A stretch of 64,000 nt of DNA from a bacterium (GCA_963640535.1 CAVHYU010000003.1:56620-120619), one strand, 5' to 3'; positions 46,732 through 56,641 are shown, counted from the first letter of the stretch. The notes: generated by a model from the sequence alone, not told the origin. Numbers and translations are program-made.

Positions 46732-47670
46732 ATGGCATCAAATAAACCGCAGAGAGGATTAGGAAAGGGACTCGGAGCGCTGCTCGGAGAAGGAGTGGAC
46801 CTTGGCAACATACGCAAGCCGGTGGGCTACGTCAACAAAGTGGTCGTTAACGCCGAGACAAAGCCGGAGACGACTGCAGATGTGCTTATGATTCCGGTGG
46901 ACCTTGTGGAGCCCAACCCGTTCCAGCCGCGAATGACCTTCGACGAGGAGGCACTGAGTGAACTTGCGGACTCCATCCGCACGCTCGGACTCATCCAGCC
47001 GATTACGGTGCGCCGAAAAGGAGCCGGACGCTACCAGATCATAAGCGGAGAGAGGCGTTTCAGGGCGTGCAGACTCGCAGGGATGGAAACCGTTCCGGCA
47101 TACGTCCGCAGCACCGACGACCAGGGAATGCTCGAGATGGCCATAGTGGAGAACATCCAGAGGGAGAATCTCGACCCGATAGAGGAGGCGATGAGCTATC
47201 GCCGCCTGATTGAGGAATGTAACCTCACCCAGGACCAGATGGCGCAGAGAGTGGGCAAGAAAAGGGCTTCTGTCACCAACTGCCTCCGCCTTCTGAAGCT
47301 CCCGGCAAAGGTGCAGCACGACCTGAAGGTCGGACAGATAAGCGTCGGGCACGCGAAAGTGCTTCTCGGCGTTGAAGACCCGGAGGTTCAGGAAGTTCTG
47401 TGCGACATAATCGTGAAGGAAGGGCTCTCCGTCAGGGGTCTTGAGGATAAAATCAAGAAACTCGAAAAGGCGGAAAACGCGAAGGATGCCCCTGAGGCTC
47501 AGGACCTTCCGGACGACTACTTCAAGGTTCTGGAGGCATTGGGAAAATATTTCAACAACAGCATAAGCCTCAAGAGGTCAGGAACGGGTAAGGGCACGAT
47601 GACCATCCACTTCTCCTCCGACGATGAGGTCAGGAATTTCCTCTCCGCGCTTGAGAAGGCAAATCTGTAA
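46732..47670 (+). CDS. parB: Chromosome partitioning protein ParB/Spo0J
   Basis: GLGKGLGALL, PNPFQPR, IISGERRFRA, ENIQRE-x-L-x-PIEEA. Confidence 0.95.
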   Translation: MASNKPQRGLGKGLGALLGEGVDLGNIRKPVGYVNKVVVNAETKPETTADVLMIPVDLVEPNPFQPRMTFDEEALSELADSIRTLGLIQPITVRRKGAGRYQIISGERRFRACRLAGMETVPAYVRSTDDQGMLEMAIVENIQRENLDPIEEAMSYRRLIEECNLTQDQMAQRVGKKRASVTNCLRLLKLPAKVQHDLKVGQISVGHAKVLLGVEDPEVQEVLCDIIVKEGLSVRGLEDKIKKLEKAENAKDAPEAQDLPDDYFKVLEALGKYFNNSISLKRSGTGKGTMTIHFSSDDEVRNFLSALEKANL

Positions 47671-47697
47671 ACTTTAGTAATCGGCGGATTTCCTCTA

Positions 47698-48630
47698 ATG
47701 AAAAAAGCAGTTCTCTGCATATCCCTCCTCGGCGCTTTCCTTCTGAGTTTCTGCATCGAAGGCCGTGCACAGTTCAAGCAGGAGGCATTCACCCAGAGCT
47801 ACAACGACTCCACAGTTACAGAGAAAACGGACACAACGGACAAGCTGTTCTCTTTCAAGGAGTTGTTCCGCGGATTGGGACACAAGCAGGACATCAAGAT
47901 AGGGACGATGTTCGGCGGTGCCGTGATGTTCCCAGGCTCCGGGCAGATCTACAACCGCGACTACTGGAAACTCCCCATAATCTACGGAGGCATCGCTGCC
48001 TGCGCGGGAACGGGCGGCTACTACACCCATCTCTACAAGCAGAGCACCGCGGCTGGAGAGCCGAACGAGCAATACAGGAAGACTGCGGCCTGGCTCTATG
48101 CCGGAGCGGGACTGGTTTATTGGGGCTCACTTATGGACGCGGTCGGATTCTATCCGTCCAACGGCAAGCCGAATCCCGGCAGGGCCGCCCTCTACTCCAC
48201 CCTTCTTCCGGGCCTCGGACAGGCCTACAACGGAGAATACTGGAAAATTCCGGTCTATTACACGGGGCTTCTCACGGCGGGATTTTTCGTAATAAACAAC
48301 GGGACGAACTACAATCGTTTCAAAAGGATATACAACGAGGCGAACAGCACTGAAGTGGCCTACACCGGTCCTGTCACCTCAGAGCAGGCGAAATACTACA
48401 GGGACTCCTACAGGCGGCTCAGAGACTACTCCATCGTGGCTCTCGCACTCGTCTATGCCCTGCAGATAATCGACGCGAATGTCTTTGCGTATATGTACGA
48501 CTTCGAAGTGAGCGACGACATATCCCTGAGGATGGAGCCGGCGGTGCTCGCCCCTGACAACCAGTACGCAATGCGCTCGACTTCGATGGGAGGAAGCGCA
48601 GTGGGTATGAAAATAGGTCTTACCTTCTAA
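47698..48630 (+). CDS. DUF5683-family membrane protein (two tandem domains)
   Basis: Two PG-x-GQ-x-YN-x2-YWK-x-P motifs; usual position after parB in Bacteroidetes. Confidence 0.75.
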   Translation: MKKAVLCISLLGAFLLSFCIEGRAQFKQEAFTQSYNDSTVTEKTDTTDKLFSFKELFRGLGHKQDIKIGTMFGGAVMFPGSGQIYNRDYWKLPIIYGGIAACAGTGGYYTHLYKQSTAAGEPNEQYRKTAAWLYAGAGLVYWGSLMDAVGFYPSNGKPNPGRAALYSTLLPGLGQAYNGEYWKIPVYYTGLLTAGFFVINNGTNYNRFKRIYNEANSTEVAYTGPVTSEQAKYYRDSYRRLRDYSIVALALVYALQIIDANVFAYMYDFEVSDDISLRMEPAVLAPDNQYAMRSTSMGGSAVGMKIGLTF

Positions 48631-48711
48631 TCAGGTCACCTTAAAAAGCGCATTACAGCGTTGTACTGCATCCTTTTAAGACAACCGGCCTAATTATTTG
48701 AATTTGTAATT

Positions 48712-50052
48712 ATGATGAAGAAAATTTCAATATATTTCGTTGCGGCTGCCTTCGGGGTGGCTTTTTTCTCGTCCGAAGCAAGGGCGCAATACTTTGATGC
48801 TCCGGACATTGTGGAGGAAAGCACTGCCTCCGCTACCCCCTCCGGGGCTCCCCTTACAAAGGAAGAGGGAATGGAGAAGACCTTTGCTGCCGACAGCACC
48901 GAGGGACGCAGAACGGTGGACAGCCTGCTGATAGAATTTTACGGAAAAAACCGCCTGATGGAGTTCACGAACATCCAGGACCTCGACTCCGCCAGAGTCC
49001 GCTACACCTCGGCCGTTTCGGACACGGTTTTCGTCCAGAGGCTCAGCGGCATCTATTCCTACATTCCGCTCACCTTCAACAACACGGTGAAGAACTACAT
49101 AATCCTCTACTCGGAGAAGATGCCCCAGCAGATGGGACGGGTCATAGGACTTGGGAACTATTATTTCCCGATTTTTCAGGAAACCTTCAACCGCTACGAC
49201 ATCCCAGAGGAGCTCCGCGCGATGGCCGTGGTGGAGTCTATGCTGAAGTATGACGCGATGTCCCGGGTCGGAGCGCGCGGAATCTGGCAGTTTATGTACT
49301 ACACCGCAAAGAAATACGGGCTCACCATCAACTCATTCGTTGACGAGAGGCTCGACCCCGTTCTTGCAGTGGACGCCGCAGCGCGCTATCTGAAGGACTC
49401 CTACGAGATTTTCGGGGACTGGCTGCTGGCGATTGCCTCCTACAACTGCGGTCCAGGGAATGTGAACAAGGCGATGAAACGCTCCCAGCACGATGATTTC
49501 TGGGAAATTTACGACTACCTGCCGAGGGAGACGAGAGGCTATGTCCCGGCGTTCATCGGCGCTCTCTACACCCTCAACTACTACAAGGAATACGGCATTC
49601 AGCCCGAGGAGATTGAGATTCCGTCCCAGATTGACACTTTCCACATCAACAAGATGATGCATCTGAGGCAGGTCAACGAGCTTGCGGGGGTGCCGATGGA
49701 CGTTCTGAAGGTGCTCAATCCTCAATACACCCACGACATAATCCCCGGCAGTCAGGAGAAAGACTATGTTCTCAGAATCCCCGCAAGTTACACGGGGCGC
49801 TATGTGAGCGTCGAGGACAGTCTCCATCTCCACAAGGCCGACACTCTGCTCAACCCCGTTACCATCAAGAAGATAAAGGACGGAGGCGACGGGCAGCGGA
49901 TTGCCTACAAGGTGAAAAAGGGCGACTATCTTGGAAAGATTGCTTCGCGCTACCACTGCACCGTGGCGCAGATTCAGAGGTGGAATCATCTGAAGGGGAC
50001 AAACATCCGAGAAGGTCAGACACTGTATATATACCGCGGAGGCGGAAAATAA
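48712..50052 (+). CDS. mltD: Lytic murein transglycosylase with LysM domain (MltD-like)
   Basis: AVVES, GIWQFM, DERLDP, ASYNCG, LPRETRGYVP; C-terminal LysM. Confidence 0.85.
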   Translation: MMKKISIYFVAAAFGVAFFSSEARAQYFDAPDIVEESTASATPSGAPLTKEEGMEKTFAADSTEGRRTVDSLLIEFYGKNRLMEFTNIQDLDSARVRYTSAVSDTVFVQRLSGIYSYIPLTFNNTVKNYIILYSEKMPQQMGRVIGLGNYYFPIFQETFNRYDIPEELRAMAVVESMLKYDAMSRVGARGIWQFMYYTAKKYGLTINSFVDERLDPVLAVDAAARYLKDSYEIFGDWLLAIASYNCGPGNVNKAMKRSQHDDFWEIYDYLPRETRGYVPAFIGALYTLNYYKEYGIQPEEIEIPSQIDTFHINKMMHLRQVNELAGVPMDVLKVLNPQYTHDIIPGSQEKDYVLRIPASYTGRYVSVEDSLHLHKADTLLNPVTIKKIKDGGDGQRIAYKVKKGDYLGKIASRYHCTVAQIQRWNHLKGTNIREGQTLYIYRGGGK

Positions 50053-50067
50053 CCTCTGAGAGTCTAT

Positions 50068-50218
50068 ACACCCCTCTCCATAGGGAATGTTCTTCCCTAT
50101 CAACACACTCTCACCTTGCCGGTTCCGACCAGAGCTTTTCCAGCTAATAGGGGATGTTCTTCCCTATCAACACACTCTCACTCTTCAAAGACTCCGCACG
50201 GCGCTCCAGCACCTTTTT
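50068..50218. repeat. Intergenic relative of the 103-bp repeat, with an internal 35-bp duplication
   Basis: Shares TCTTCCCTATCAACAC (50091 and 50158) and CTTCAAAGACT-x-CGCACGGCGCTC with the 30.0-30.4 kb unit. Confidence 0.8.
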
Positions 50219-50228
50219 CTCCCCCCCT

Positions 50229-52031
50229 CTATATCGCAACAGACAGCAGGAGACGGGCTTCCAGTTTTGTGGGCTTGCGCGTTTTCGCGCTCATAAACGG
50301 ATAGGAGTAACAGGATAGGCGCGAGGAGAGTTTCAGCCGGGCTGTCGGGCGCCAGGAGGCGAAAAACGAGCCCCAAACTCCCCTTCCGTACATTGCCGGG
50401 ATGTTGAACCGCCCCTTGATGTCGTGTTCATAGACATAAATCCTCCCCTCCCAGTCGTCAACGCTGAAAATTCCTGCGCGAAGATACGCCGAGAGTTTCC
50501 TTTCAACTCTGCAACTCTGCTCAAAATACACGACAAGCCCCCAGCCGCCACTGCTCCTGCTAGCTCTTAGCGAAGCGCCGCTTGCCCAGATTTTCCCATA
50601 CCCCACACCCACATCGCCCCGGCAGTCGAAAATGCTCCCCCGGACGTCATTCAGGTTCAGTTTTTCCCTTGCCCGAAGGCTCACCCCCGAGTTCTCCGCC
50701 CATTTCCATTGCGCACGGCTTTCGATGCGAAGTTCATTCGTCCCTGCAAGTGCGCCCTCCGCGGAGCCACGGCTACTCCGGGAATGCCTTAGGCTAAGAG
50801 AAAGCGAGGCGGAAATCCCTCGCCGCGAAGAATACTCCCCGAGAAGGGCCGCCTGATGCTTCGAGGCGCTGTAGCGGAGCGTAGAACCCAGTTTGAAGGA
50901 CTCCCCAAGGGGCGAGACTACCGAAAGGACAGCCCGGGGAGAAAGAGGGGTGACGCCGCCCTCTGTGGAACTCAGCCCCCAGGCCACCTCCGAAGCGATG
51001 TCCACACCGGAAAAACACCCCCGAAAATCGGCCGCGAAATCAGCCGTGGTGCTCCAGGCGGACACCGAAGGATATGAGCTCACGGAAGAGGTGAACCCCG
51101 CCGAGCAGAGTCTCCCCCACCAGTTGCAATTCACAATGCCCTGAAGCCCCGCGACATCGCTCCTCCCGCGGGAAGAGTTGATGGAGGAAAGCAGAACTGT
51201 CTTCAGGCCCGGCACTGCGGCAAGGGCGCTGAGAGTGAACGCCCCCATTTCAATAGAGGCACCGACCCCCGTGTGGGCATAGTTCCCCGTGAGTGACTGG
51301 CTCACTCCCAAGCCCGTCGGGCGGCGGATAAGGGCCGAGGTGGTGGATATGTCGCTGAGAATCATAGTGTTCCAAGCGCATAGTCCCTGGCCGAAGCGGG
51401 CGTTGAAATCTCCGCAGTATAGCCGCACTTTGCCTCTCGAAAAAGCGCTGACGCACCAGGCGGAGAGGGCTTCAGCCGTGAAGGAGGTCCGACTCGGAAC
51501 CCTGCTGCCGGAAGCCCCCGCCGAGGATGCTGAGACGGAGATTGACTGCCCCGCTGCCGCCTCCCAGCCGCCCTTTCCCGCAAGGCCGAACTGAATACTC
51601 TCTCCCCGGGAGACTGCGGTCCTGAGCCCGAAAGTTCCGTCCGCCTCCCAAATCGGAGCCTCATTAAGAGCCTTCACATCGGCATAACTGTCCACGTCCG
51701 CCGCCCAAACGCCTCCGGAAGGAGGTGAAACGTCAAAACTCAGAAAAAAGCAGAGCGCCTCGGCAACCTCCGAGTCAAATCCGTCCACAAGCGAGAGTTC
51801 CCTCCCCGACATCACCGCTCCTGCAGAGGAGATGTAGTCCAGCAGCGAGATGCACTGGAACTGCGAAAAAAGCCCGGAAGAAAGCAGTTCGCGCCTTGAA
51901 GCCGAGTTGATGTGGAGGGGATGTTCAGCATAGTGCATCATCCTCTCAATCTCGCCCTCGGAGAGTTCCTCCTCGCTCACGGCTCCCAGAATGAGGGCAA
52001 TTGCCTCAAGTATTGTCATCAAAAATTTCAT
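50229..52031 (-). CDS. Helix-hairpin-helix (ComEA-like) N-terminal domain plus probable beta-barrel protein
   Basis: HPLHINSASRREL motif, GDFNARFGQGL, RIYVYEHD...PAMYGRG. Start placed at MKFLM (52031). Confidence 0.7.
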   Translation of the reverse strand: MKFLMTILEAIALILGAVSEEELSEGEIERMMHYAEHPLHINSASRRELLSSGLFSQFQCISLLDYISSAGAVMSGRELSLVDGFDSEVAEALCFFLSFDVSPPSGGVWAADVDSYADVKALNEAPIWEADGTFGLRTAVSRGESIQFGLAGKGGWEAAAGQSISVSASSAGASGSRVPSRTSFTAEALSAWCVSAFSRGKVRLYCGDFNARFGQGLCAWNTMILSDISTTSALIRRPTGLGVSQSLTGNYAHTGVGASIEMGAFTLSALAAVPGLKTVLLSSINSSRGRSDVAGLQGIVNCNWWGRLCSAGFTSSVSSYPSVSAWSTTADFAADFRGCFSGVDIASEVAWGLSSTEGGVTPLSPRAVLSVVSPLGESFKLGSTLRYSASKHQAALLGEYSSRRGISASLSLSLRHSRSSRGSAEGALAGTNELRIESRAQWKWAENSGVSLRAREKLNLNDVRGSIFDCRGDVGVGYGKIWASGASLRASRSSGGWGLVVYFEQSCRVERKLSAYLRAGIFSVDDWEGRIYVYEHDIKGRFNIPAMYGRGVWGSFFASWRPTARLKLSSRLSCYSYPFMSAKTRKPTKLEARLLLSVAI

Positions 52032-52149
52032 AGCGCCGCAAACATAAGCGGCCCGTTCGGAAATTCTGTTGTATTTCAAAGAAAATACATAAGATTTTTC
52101 TTTTTTTTGAATGTTTTTACCCTTACTTTTGCGCTTTGTTTTCAGAAGT

Positions 52150-52701
52150 ATGGATAAGGTAAAAGTTTTTGACAAAACATTCGTTCCTTTCATCAGGCAC
52201 GACGAATTGATCTCCCGCATAGACGCTGTAGCAGAGCAGATTAACAACGACTTCAGAGGCTGCGACGATGTTCCGATGATTCTCTGCATCCTCAACGGGG
52301 CAATCGTTTTCACCGGCGAACTCATTCAGAGACTGGACTTCCCCTGCCAGATGGTCTCCACGAAGATGACCTCCTATGTCGGCACCCAGACCACGGGCGA
52401 CGTGCAGCAGGCTCTACCGCTGACCCACCCGGTAAAGGGCCGCAGGGTCATAATCGCCGAAGACATCGTTGATTCAGGCTACACGATTCAGGCTATGAGA
52501 AAAATTCTCAAGGCGGAGGGCGCAACTGATGTGAAAGTGTGCACGCTGCTTTTCAAGAAAGAGGCATTCAAGACCGGGGAGAAGATTGACTATGTGGCGA
52601 TGGAGATTCCTAACAAGTTCATCCTCGGCTTCGGACTTGACTACAACGAGCTCGGACGCAACCTCGCCGACATCTACGTCCTCGACGAAACCGCCGAATA
52701 A
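52150..52701 (+). CDS. hpt: Hypoxanthine phosphoribosyltransferase
   Basis: ILNGA, SY-x-GT, EDIVDSG, FILGFGLDY...GRNL. Confidence 0.92.
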   Translation: MDKVKVFDKTFVPFIRHDELISRIDAVAEQINNDFRGCDDVPMILCILNGAIVFTGELIQRLDFPCQMVSTKMTSYVGTQTTGDVQQALPLTHPVKGRRVIIAEDIVDSGYTIQAMRKILKAEGATDVKVCTLLFKKEAFKTGEKIDYVAMEIPNKFILGFGLDYNELGRNLADIYVLDETAE

Positions 52702-52835
52702 CCCTCTGAACACCAGGCAGTAACGCTAAAATGAGAGAAGGAAAGCGCGAGAGAAAAAGTGCGTGGGATTAGAGAGTTTGAGATATGGTATATATCGAAA
52801 TAAGCTAGATACTTGAGAAACTAAAAAAACAGAAT

Positions 52836-53408
52836 ATGAAATACTACATCTTGTTCGGCCCTCCGGGAGCCGGGAAAGGCACTCAGGCCAGCGCAATGGT
52901 CGAAAAATACAATCTGCACCACATTTCAACGGGCGCTCTGCTCCGCAAGGAAATCGCAGCAGGCACTCCGCTCGGGGTTAAGGCTCACGAACTCATAGAG
53001 AAAGGCTGCCTTGTTCCGGACGAGGTTGTTGAAGGGATGATTGAGTCGGAATTCAACACTGTGAAAGGAGTGGATGGATTCCTTCTCGACGGCTACCCAC
53101 GTACGATTTCACAGGCCGAGACTCTTGAGAAGATGCTCGCAAAGAAAGGAGAAGGAGTCACAGGAGTCGTTTCAATTATGATTCCTGACGAGATGATTTT
53201 CGAGCGCATCCGTCACCGCGCCCAGATTGAAGGGAGGGAAGACGACGCCAGCGACGAAGTCATCGCAAATCGCATCGCCACCTACCACGAAAAGACCGAG
53301 CCGCTTGTGAAATTCTACAAGGACAAGGGAAGCTACCGCGAAGTGAACGGAGTCGGCACGATTGAAGAGGTCCGCAAGGGCATTTTCGACATTCTGGACA
53401 GGGACTAA
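52836..53408 (+). CDS. adk: Adenylate kinase (short LID)
   Basis: GPPGAGKGTQ, HISTG, LLDGYPRT, GREDD. Confidence 0.95.
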   Translation: MKYYILFGPPGAGKGTQASAMVEKYNLHHISTGALLRKEIAAGTPLGVKAHELIEKGCLVPDEVVEGMIESEFNTVKGVDGFLLDGYPRTISQAETLEKMLAKKGEGVTGVVSIMIPDEMIFERIRHRAQIEGREDDASDEVIANRIATYHEKTEPLVKFYKDKGSYREVNGVGTIEEVRKGIFDILDRD

Positions 53409-53475
53409 AAAGCGGTCTGCTGCGTTCCTCTCCTATCCTCAATCCCGCGCATTCGTTCCAAACAACAGAGAAATT

Positions 53476-53859
53476 ATGAGCATCAAGAAAAAAATCATAA
53501 GCGCCGCGACCCTGATTCTGCTGGTTGCCGCCGCCCTTTTCTTCTATTTCAAGTTCTACTATGTCTTCGGAGAAGGCGTGAAAGCCGGTGAGCTGAATTT
53601 CGTGGTGTACAAAGGCTACGTCTGGAAAACCTACGAAGGCCGGGCCATCCAGGCCGGTTTCCAGAAAGGAGTGAAGGGCGCGACAACAGCCATCCAGTCC
53701 TACGAATTCGACTTCTCAGTGGAAGACCAGGCAATAGCCGACACCCTAATGCGCTGCAGCGGCCGCGAAGTCCAGCTCCACTACAAAGAATACCTCGGCG
53801 CCCTCCCGTGGCGCGGCCAGCAAAAATACATCGTCGACCGCATCCTGTCTGTCAAGTGA
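53476..53859 (+). CDS. Conserved hypothetical membrane-anchored protein
   Basis: N-terminal TM helix; EGVKAG, KG-x-VWKTYEG, F-x-FSV, LHYKEY...LPWRG. Confidence 0.7.
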   Translation: MSIKKKIISAATLILLVAAALFFYFKFYYVFGEGVKAGELNFVVYKGYVWKTYEGRAIQAGFQKGVKGATTAIQSYEFDFSVEDQAIADTLMRCSGREVQLHYKEYLGALPWRGQQKYIVDRILSVK

Positions 53860-53883
53860 GTTTTATTCTCATTTCTATAAAAG

Positions 53884-53920
53884 AAGGGGTCAAAAGTCAA
53901 AAATTGACTTTTGACCCCTT
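53884..53920. terminator. Perfect 17-bp inverted repeat (terminator or REP-like)
   Basis: AAGGGGTCAAAAGTCAA-AAA-TTGACTTTTGACCCCTT. Confidence 0.65.
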
Positions 53921-54018
53921 TCTGGCTTCTTAACCCCCGCAGACTTGCGTCTGCGACCCCTATTAGGGGAATCTCGCGCCCCCGGCGCGGTCCCTTCGGA
54001 ACTTTTTAGTCAGCCTTA

Positions 54019-54153
54019 TATTCAGACGGGAAAGGGTTCGTGAGCGTTTGCTTTAAAAGTCCGTCGTATGATAGTACCCAAACTAGTACCCAAACTACGA
54101 TTGAAGCCATCCTGGAAATGAATTCATATATATGCGAAAGTTTATGGCGGTAA
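54019..54153 (+). pseudogene. Probable gene remnant (...GFVSVCFKSPSYDSTQTSTQTTIEAILE...)
   Basis: No start codon; 12-bp direct repeat TAGTACCCAAAC; resembles the linker preceding the C-terminal HTH of ATP-binding/Fic-type regulators. Confidence 0.4.
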
Positions 54154-54176
54154 ACTTTACGGCCATAAACTTTATA

Positions 54177-54884
54177 TCATCTAACGGGAGATATCCATTC
54201 CGGGTATTCCATTTTGCCGATTAGGTCTTTGATCTGGTCGGCGCGGCTCAAGTGATATTTGCCGGGGCGCGCCAAATTGCGTTTTAGAGGGCTTGGGAGG
54301 CTGGCGGCCATAAGGCAGGACTGGTCAAGGGTTAGCTCGGAGGCGGAGCGGCTGTAATATTTCCTGGCTGCTGCCTCGGCGCCATAGACTCCCCTGCCGA
54401 ATTCGGCCACATTGAGATATACCTCCATAATGCGCTGCTTACCCCATATAAGTTCGATGAGAACAGTAAAATAGGCTTCAAGACCCTTCCGCAGCCAGCT
54501 TCTGCTGCTCCTGAGGAAAACATTTTTCGCTGTCTGCTGGGAGATTGTACTCGCGCCCAGAACAATTTTTCCGGCCTTGCGGTTTACCTTTGCCGCATTA
54601 CTGATGGACTCAAAATCAAAGCCGGCGTGCTTCTGAAATCTGTTGTCTTCCGACGCTATCACCGCCTTCATCAGGTACGGAGATATTTCGCCGAGACTGA
54701 CCCAGGTCTGAAGAGTTTTGAAAGAAGAATCCTCGCGATATTCAATTGCCCTGTGTATCATAAGCGGTGTGCACCCGACTGGCACCCACTTGAGAATTAT
54801 CACCCACAGCAGCGTCCCTGCAAAGAACGCCGCCAGAATGAGGCCAAGCCACTTCAGAATTCTTCTTCCAAGTCTCTTTTTCAT
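54177..54884 (-). CDS. mtgA: Monofunctional biosynthetic peptidoglycan transglycosylase
   Basis: ASEDNRF, GASTISQQTAKN, RKGLEA, RIMEVYLN. Confidence 0.93.
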   Translation of the reverse strand: MKKRLGRRILKWLGLILAAFFAGTLLWVIILKWVPVGCTPLMIHRAIEYREDSSFKTLQTWVSLGEISPYLMKAVIASEDNRFQKHAGFDFESISNAAKVNRKAGKIVLGASTISQQTAKNVFLRSSRSWLRKGLEAYFTVLIELIWGKQRIMEVYLNVAEFGRGVYGAEAAARKYYSRSASELTLDQSCLMAASLPSPLKRNLARPGKYHLSRADQIKDLIGKMEYPEWISPVR

Positions 54885-54936
54885 TCTGTCTGTGCCGGAT
54901 GCGACAACCTCATCTAAAGCCTATTGCAGCCCCGCC

Positions 54937-55869
54937 TTACAGCGACTTCAACCAGGCGTCAAACTGCCTGTAGAATGCTTCGCGGTCTTTCACTGGGAGA
55001 GCGTCTTTTTGGCCTTCGAGACGGAAACCCCAACCGTGGCCGCCCGTCGGGAAACTTACAACCGTGGTGTGGATACCGTTCTCTGTGAGAGCCTTGATGT
55101 AGGGAACGGCATTGTAGGCTACCGGAACGACGGTGTCGTCGTCAGAGAAGGCGATGAATGCCGGAGGAGTTGCGCTGCTGACCTGCTTTTCGTTGGAATA
55201 AAGGTCGAGAAGCTCCTCTGAAGGTTCCTTGCCGATGAGGTTATCGTGTGTACCGCGGTGAGTGCCCGGATACATCGTAATTACAGGGTAGATAAGTATC
55301 TGGAAATCAGGCCTGTATTCGCCTTTTTCGTGGGTTGCCACTGTCGATGCGAAATGTCCTCCGGCGGAGAATCCCATAACGCCTATGCTGCTGATGCCCC
55401 ACTCGGCGCTGTGAGCCCTGCAATAAGACATAGTCTCCTCAAAATCCTCTGTGGGCACGGTGCAGTGGTGGTTCGGAAGTCTGTAGGTTAGGACTGCGGC
55501 TGCAATTCCCCTGTCGCAAAGCCACTGAGCTACGTATGCGCCTTCATATATGCTGGCAACGCTCCAGTAGCCTCCGCCAGGGATGACGATGACCATCTGA
55601 CCGGTCCGCCGGGACTTTTTCGGGAAATAAAGGTCGAATCTCGCGTCCTTTTCGTTTACCCGGCTGAGATTACCATTCTTGTCGCACTGCTCGCCGCTAT
55701 GACCGTTGAGAGTGGCGGGAGTCTTGTCCGCGTAGAGATAGACGGTCTGTGCCACTTTATGTTTGCCGGAAGCAGGTGCGACGGTTTTGTCGCCTTTAGC
55801 CTCAGAGGAAAACGACGCTGCTCCGAAAGCAAGGATTGCCGCAAAGGCAAAGATAATTTTCTTTTTCAT
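54937..55869 (-). CDS. Secreted alpha/beta hydrolase (acetyl-esterase/lipase-like)
   Basis: PGGGY, GFSAGGH, D-x2-V, GHGWG; signal peptide. Confidence 0.85.
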   Translation of the reverse strand: MKKKIIFAFAAILAFGAASFSSEAKGDKTVAPASGKHKVAQTVYLYADKTPATLNGHSGEQCDKNGNLSRVNEKDARFDLYFPKKSRRTGQMVIVIPGGGYWSVASIYEGAYVAQWLCDRGIAAAVLTYRLPNHHCTVPTEDFEETMSYCRAHSAEWGISSIGVMGFSAGGHFASTVATHEKGEYRPDFQILIYPVITMYPGTHRGTHDNLIGKEPSEELLDLYSNEKQVSSATPPAFIAFSDDDTVVPVAYNAVPYIKALTENGIHTTVVSFPTGGHGWGFRLEGQKDALPVKDREAFYRQFDAWLKSL

Positions 55870-55923
55870 TTTATATGTTTCAATGTATTAATTATCAGGG
55901 ACTGACTACATTTTATTAACGTA

Positions 55924-56583
55924 TCAATTATCGCGGACTGACTCGCGAAGAGGCTTGACCTTTCTTATGATTGTGACAGCGACAAGGGCTATGAGGGTTC
56001 CGGTAATGAGCCCGGAAAGGGCCCCGACCGTTATGTCACCCAGAAAATGTTTCCCGCAATAGACCCTGCTGATGCTGACGAGGGCTGCCCAGAGGAAAAT
56101 CAGAACGCCATATATGGAAAGGAAGAGTTTTCTGCGCTCCGGTGTTTCCCTTCCCATCGCTCCCCTATTGCTGCGGACGCGGCTGAAACACAGGAAAGAG
56201 CAGATTGCAAAGGAAAAGACATTCGCTGCGTGTCCGGAGTAGAATCCGCAGCCTCCGCCGCCCTCCAGAACCCTGAGTCCGTTTTCAGTCATCCACGGAT
56301 CAACACAGGGACGAAGTCTTCCGATGCCGTCTTTGAATACATTTGCCAGCTGGTCTGCGCAAACGACATTCAGAACGAGGGCGAGAGTCACCGCAAGGCC
56401 GGCCTTCCAGCCGCAGCGATAGATGATGATGCAGAGCACCGCGACATAGAGCGGAATCCACACCTTCGTGTGCGAGCAGAACGGCATAACCGCGTCCGTA
56501 AACGCGTTTCCCGCCATATTCATAGCCAGAGTGGCCTGTTTGTCCAGCATCTCAAGCTGCGAGAGTGAAATCAAAGACAACAT
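55924..56583 (-). CDS. PAP2-family phosphatase
   Basis: K-x6-RP, SGHA, SRVYCGKHFLGD. Confidence 0.88.
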   Translation of the reverse strand: MLSLISLSQLEMLDKQATLAMNMAGNAFTDAVMPFCSHTKVWIPLYVAVLCIIIYRCGWKAGLAVTLALVLNVVCADQLANVFKDGIGRLRPCVDPWMTENGLRVLEGGGGCGFYSGHAANVFSFAICSFLCFSRVRSNRGAMGRETPERRKLFLSIYGVLIFLWAALVSISRVYCGKHFLGDITVGALSGLITGTLIALVAVTIIRKVKPLRESVRDN

Positions 56584-56641
56584 ATTGATTTGTAGTTATA
56601 AACATTCTTTGAATAGGGCATCGCCCCCGAAACCTTAGCGA

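Noticed and set aside
45893..47670. parAB as a sign of a plasmid, prophage or oriC
   Set aside because: The parA-parB-DUF5683-lytic transglycosylase context is chromosomal. I saw no parS palindrome or DnaA-box cluster.
52032..52325. N-terminal extension of the ComEA-like ORF overlapping hpt
   Set aside because: It spans the AT-rich divergent promoter region and antisense hpt; the start is likely 52031.
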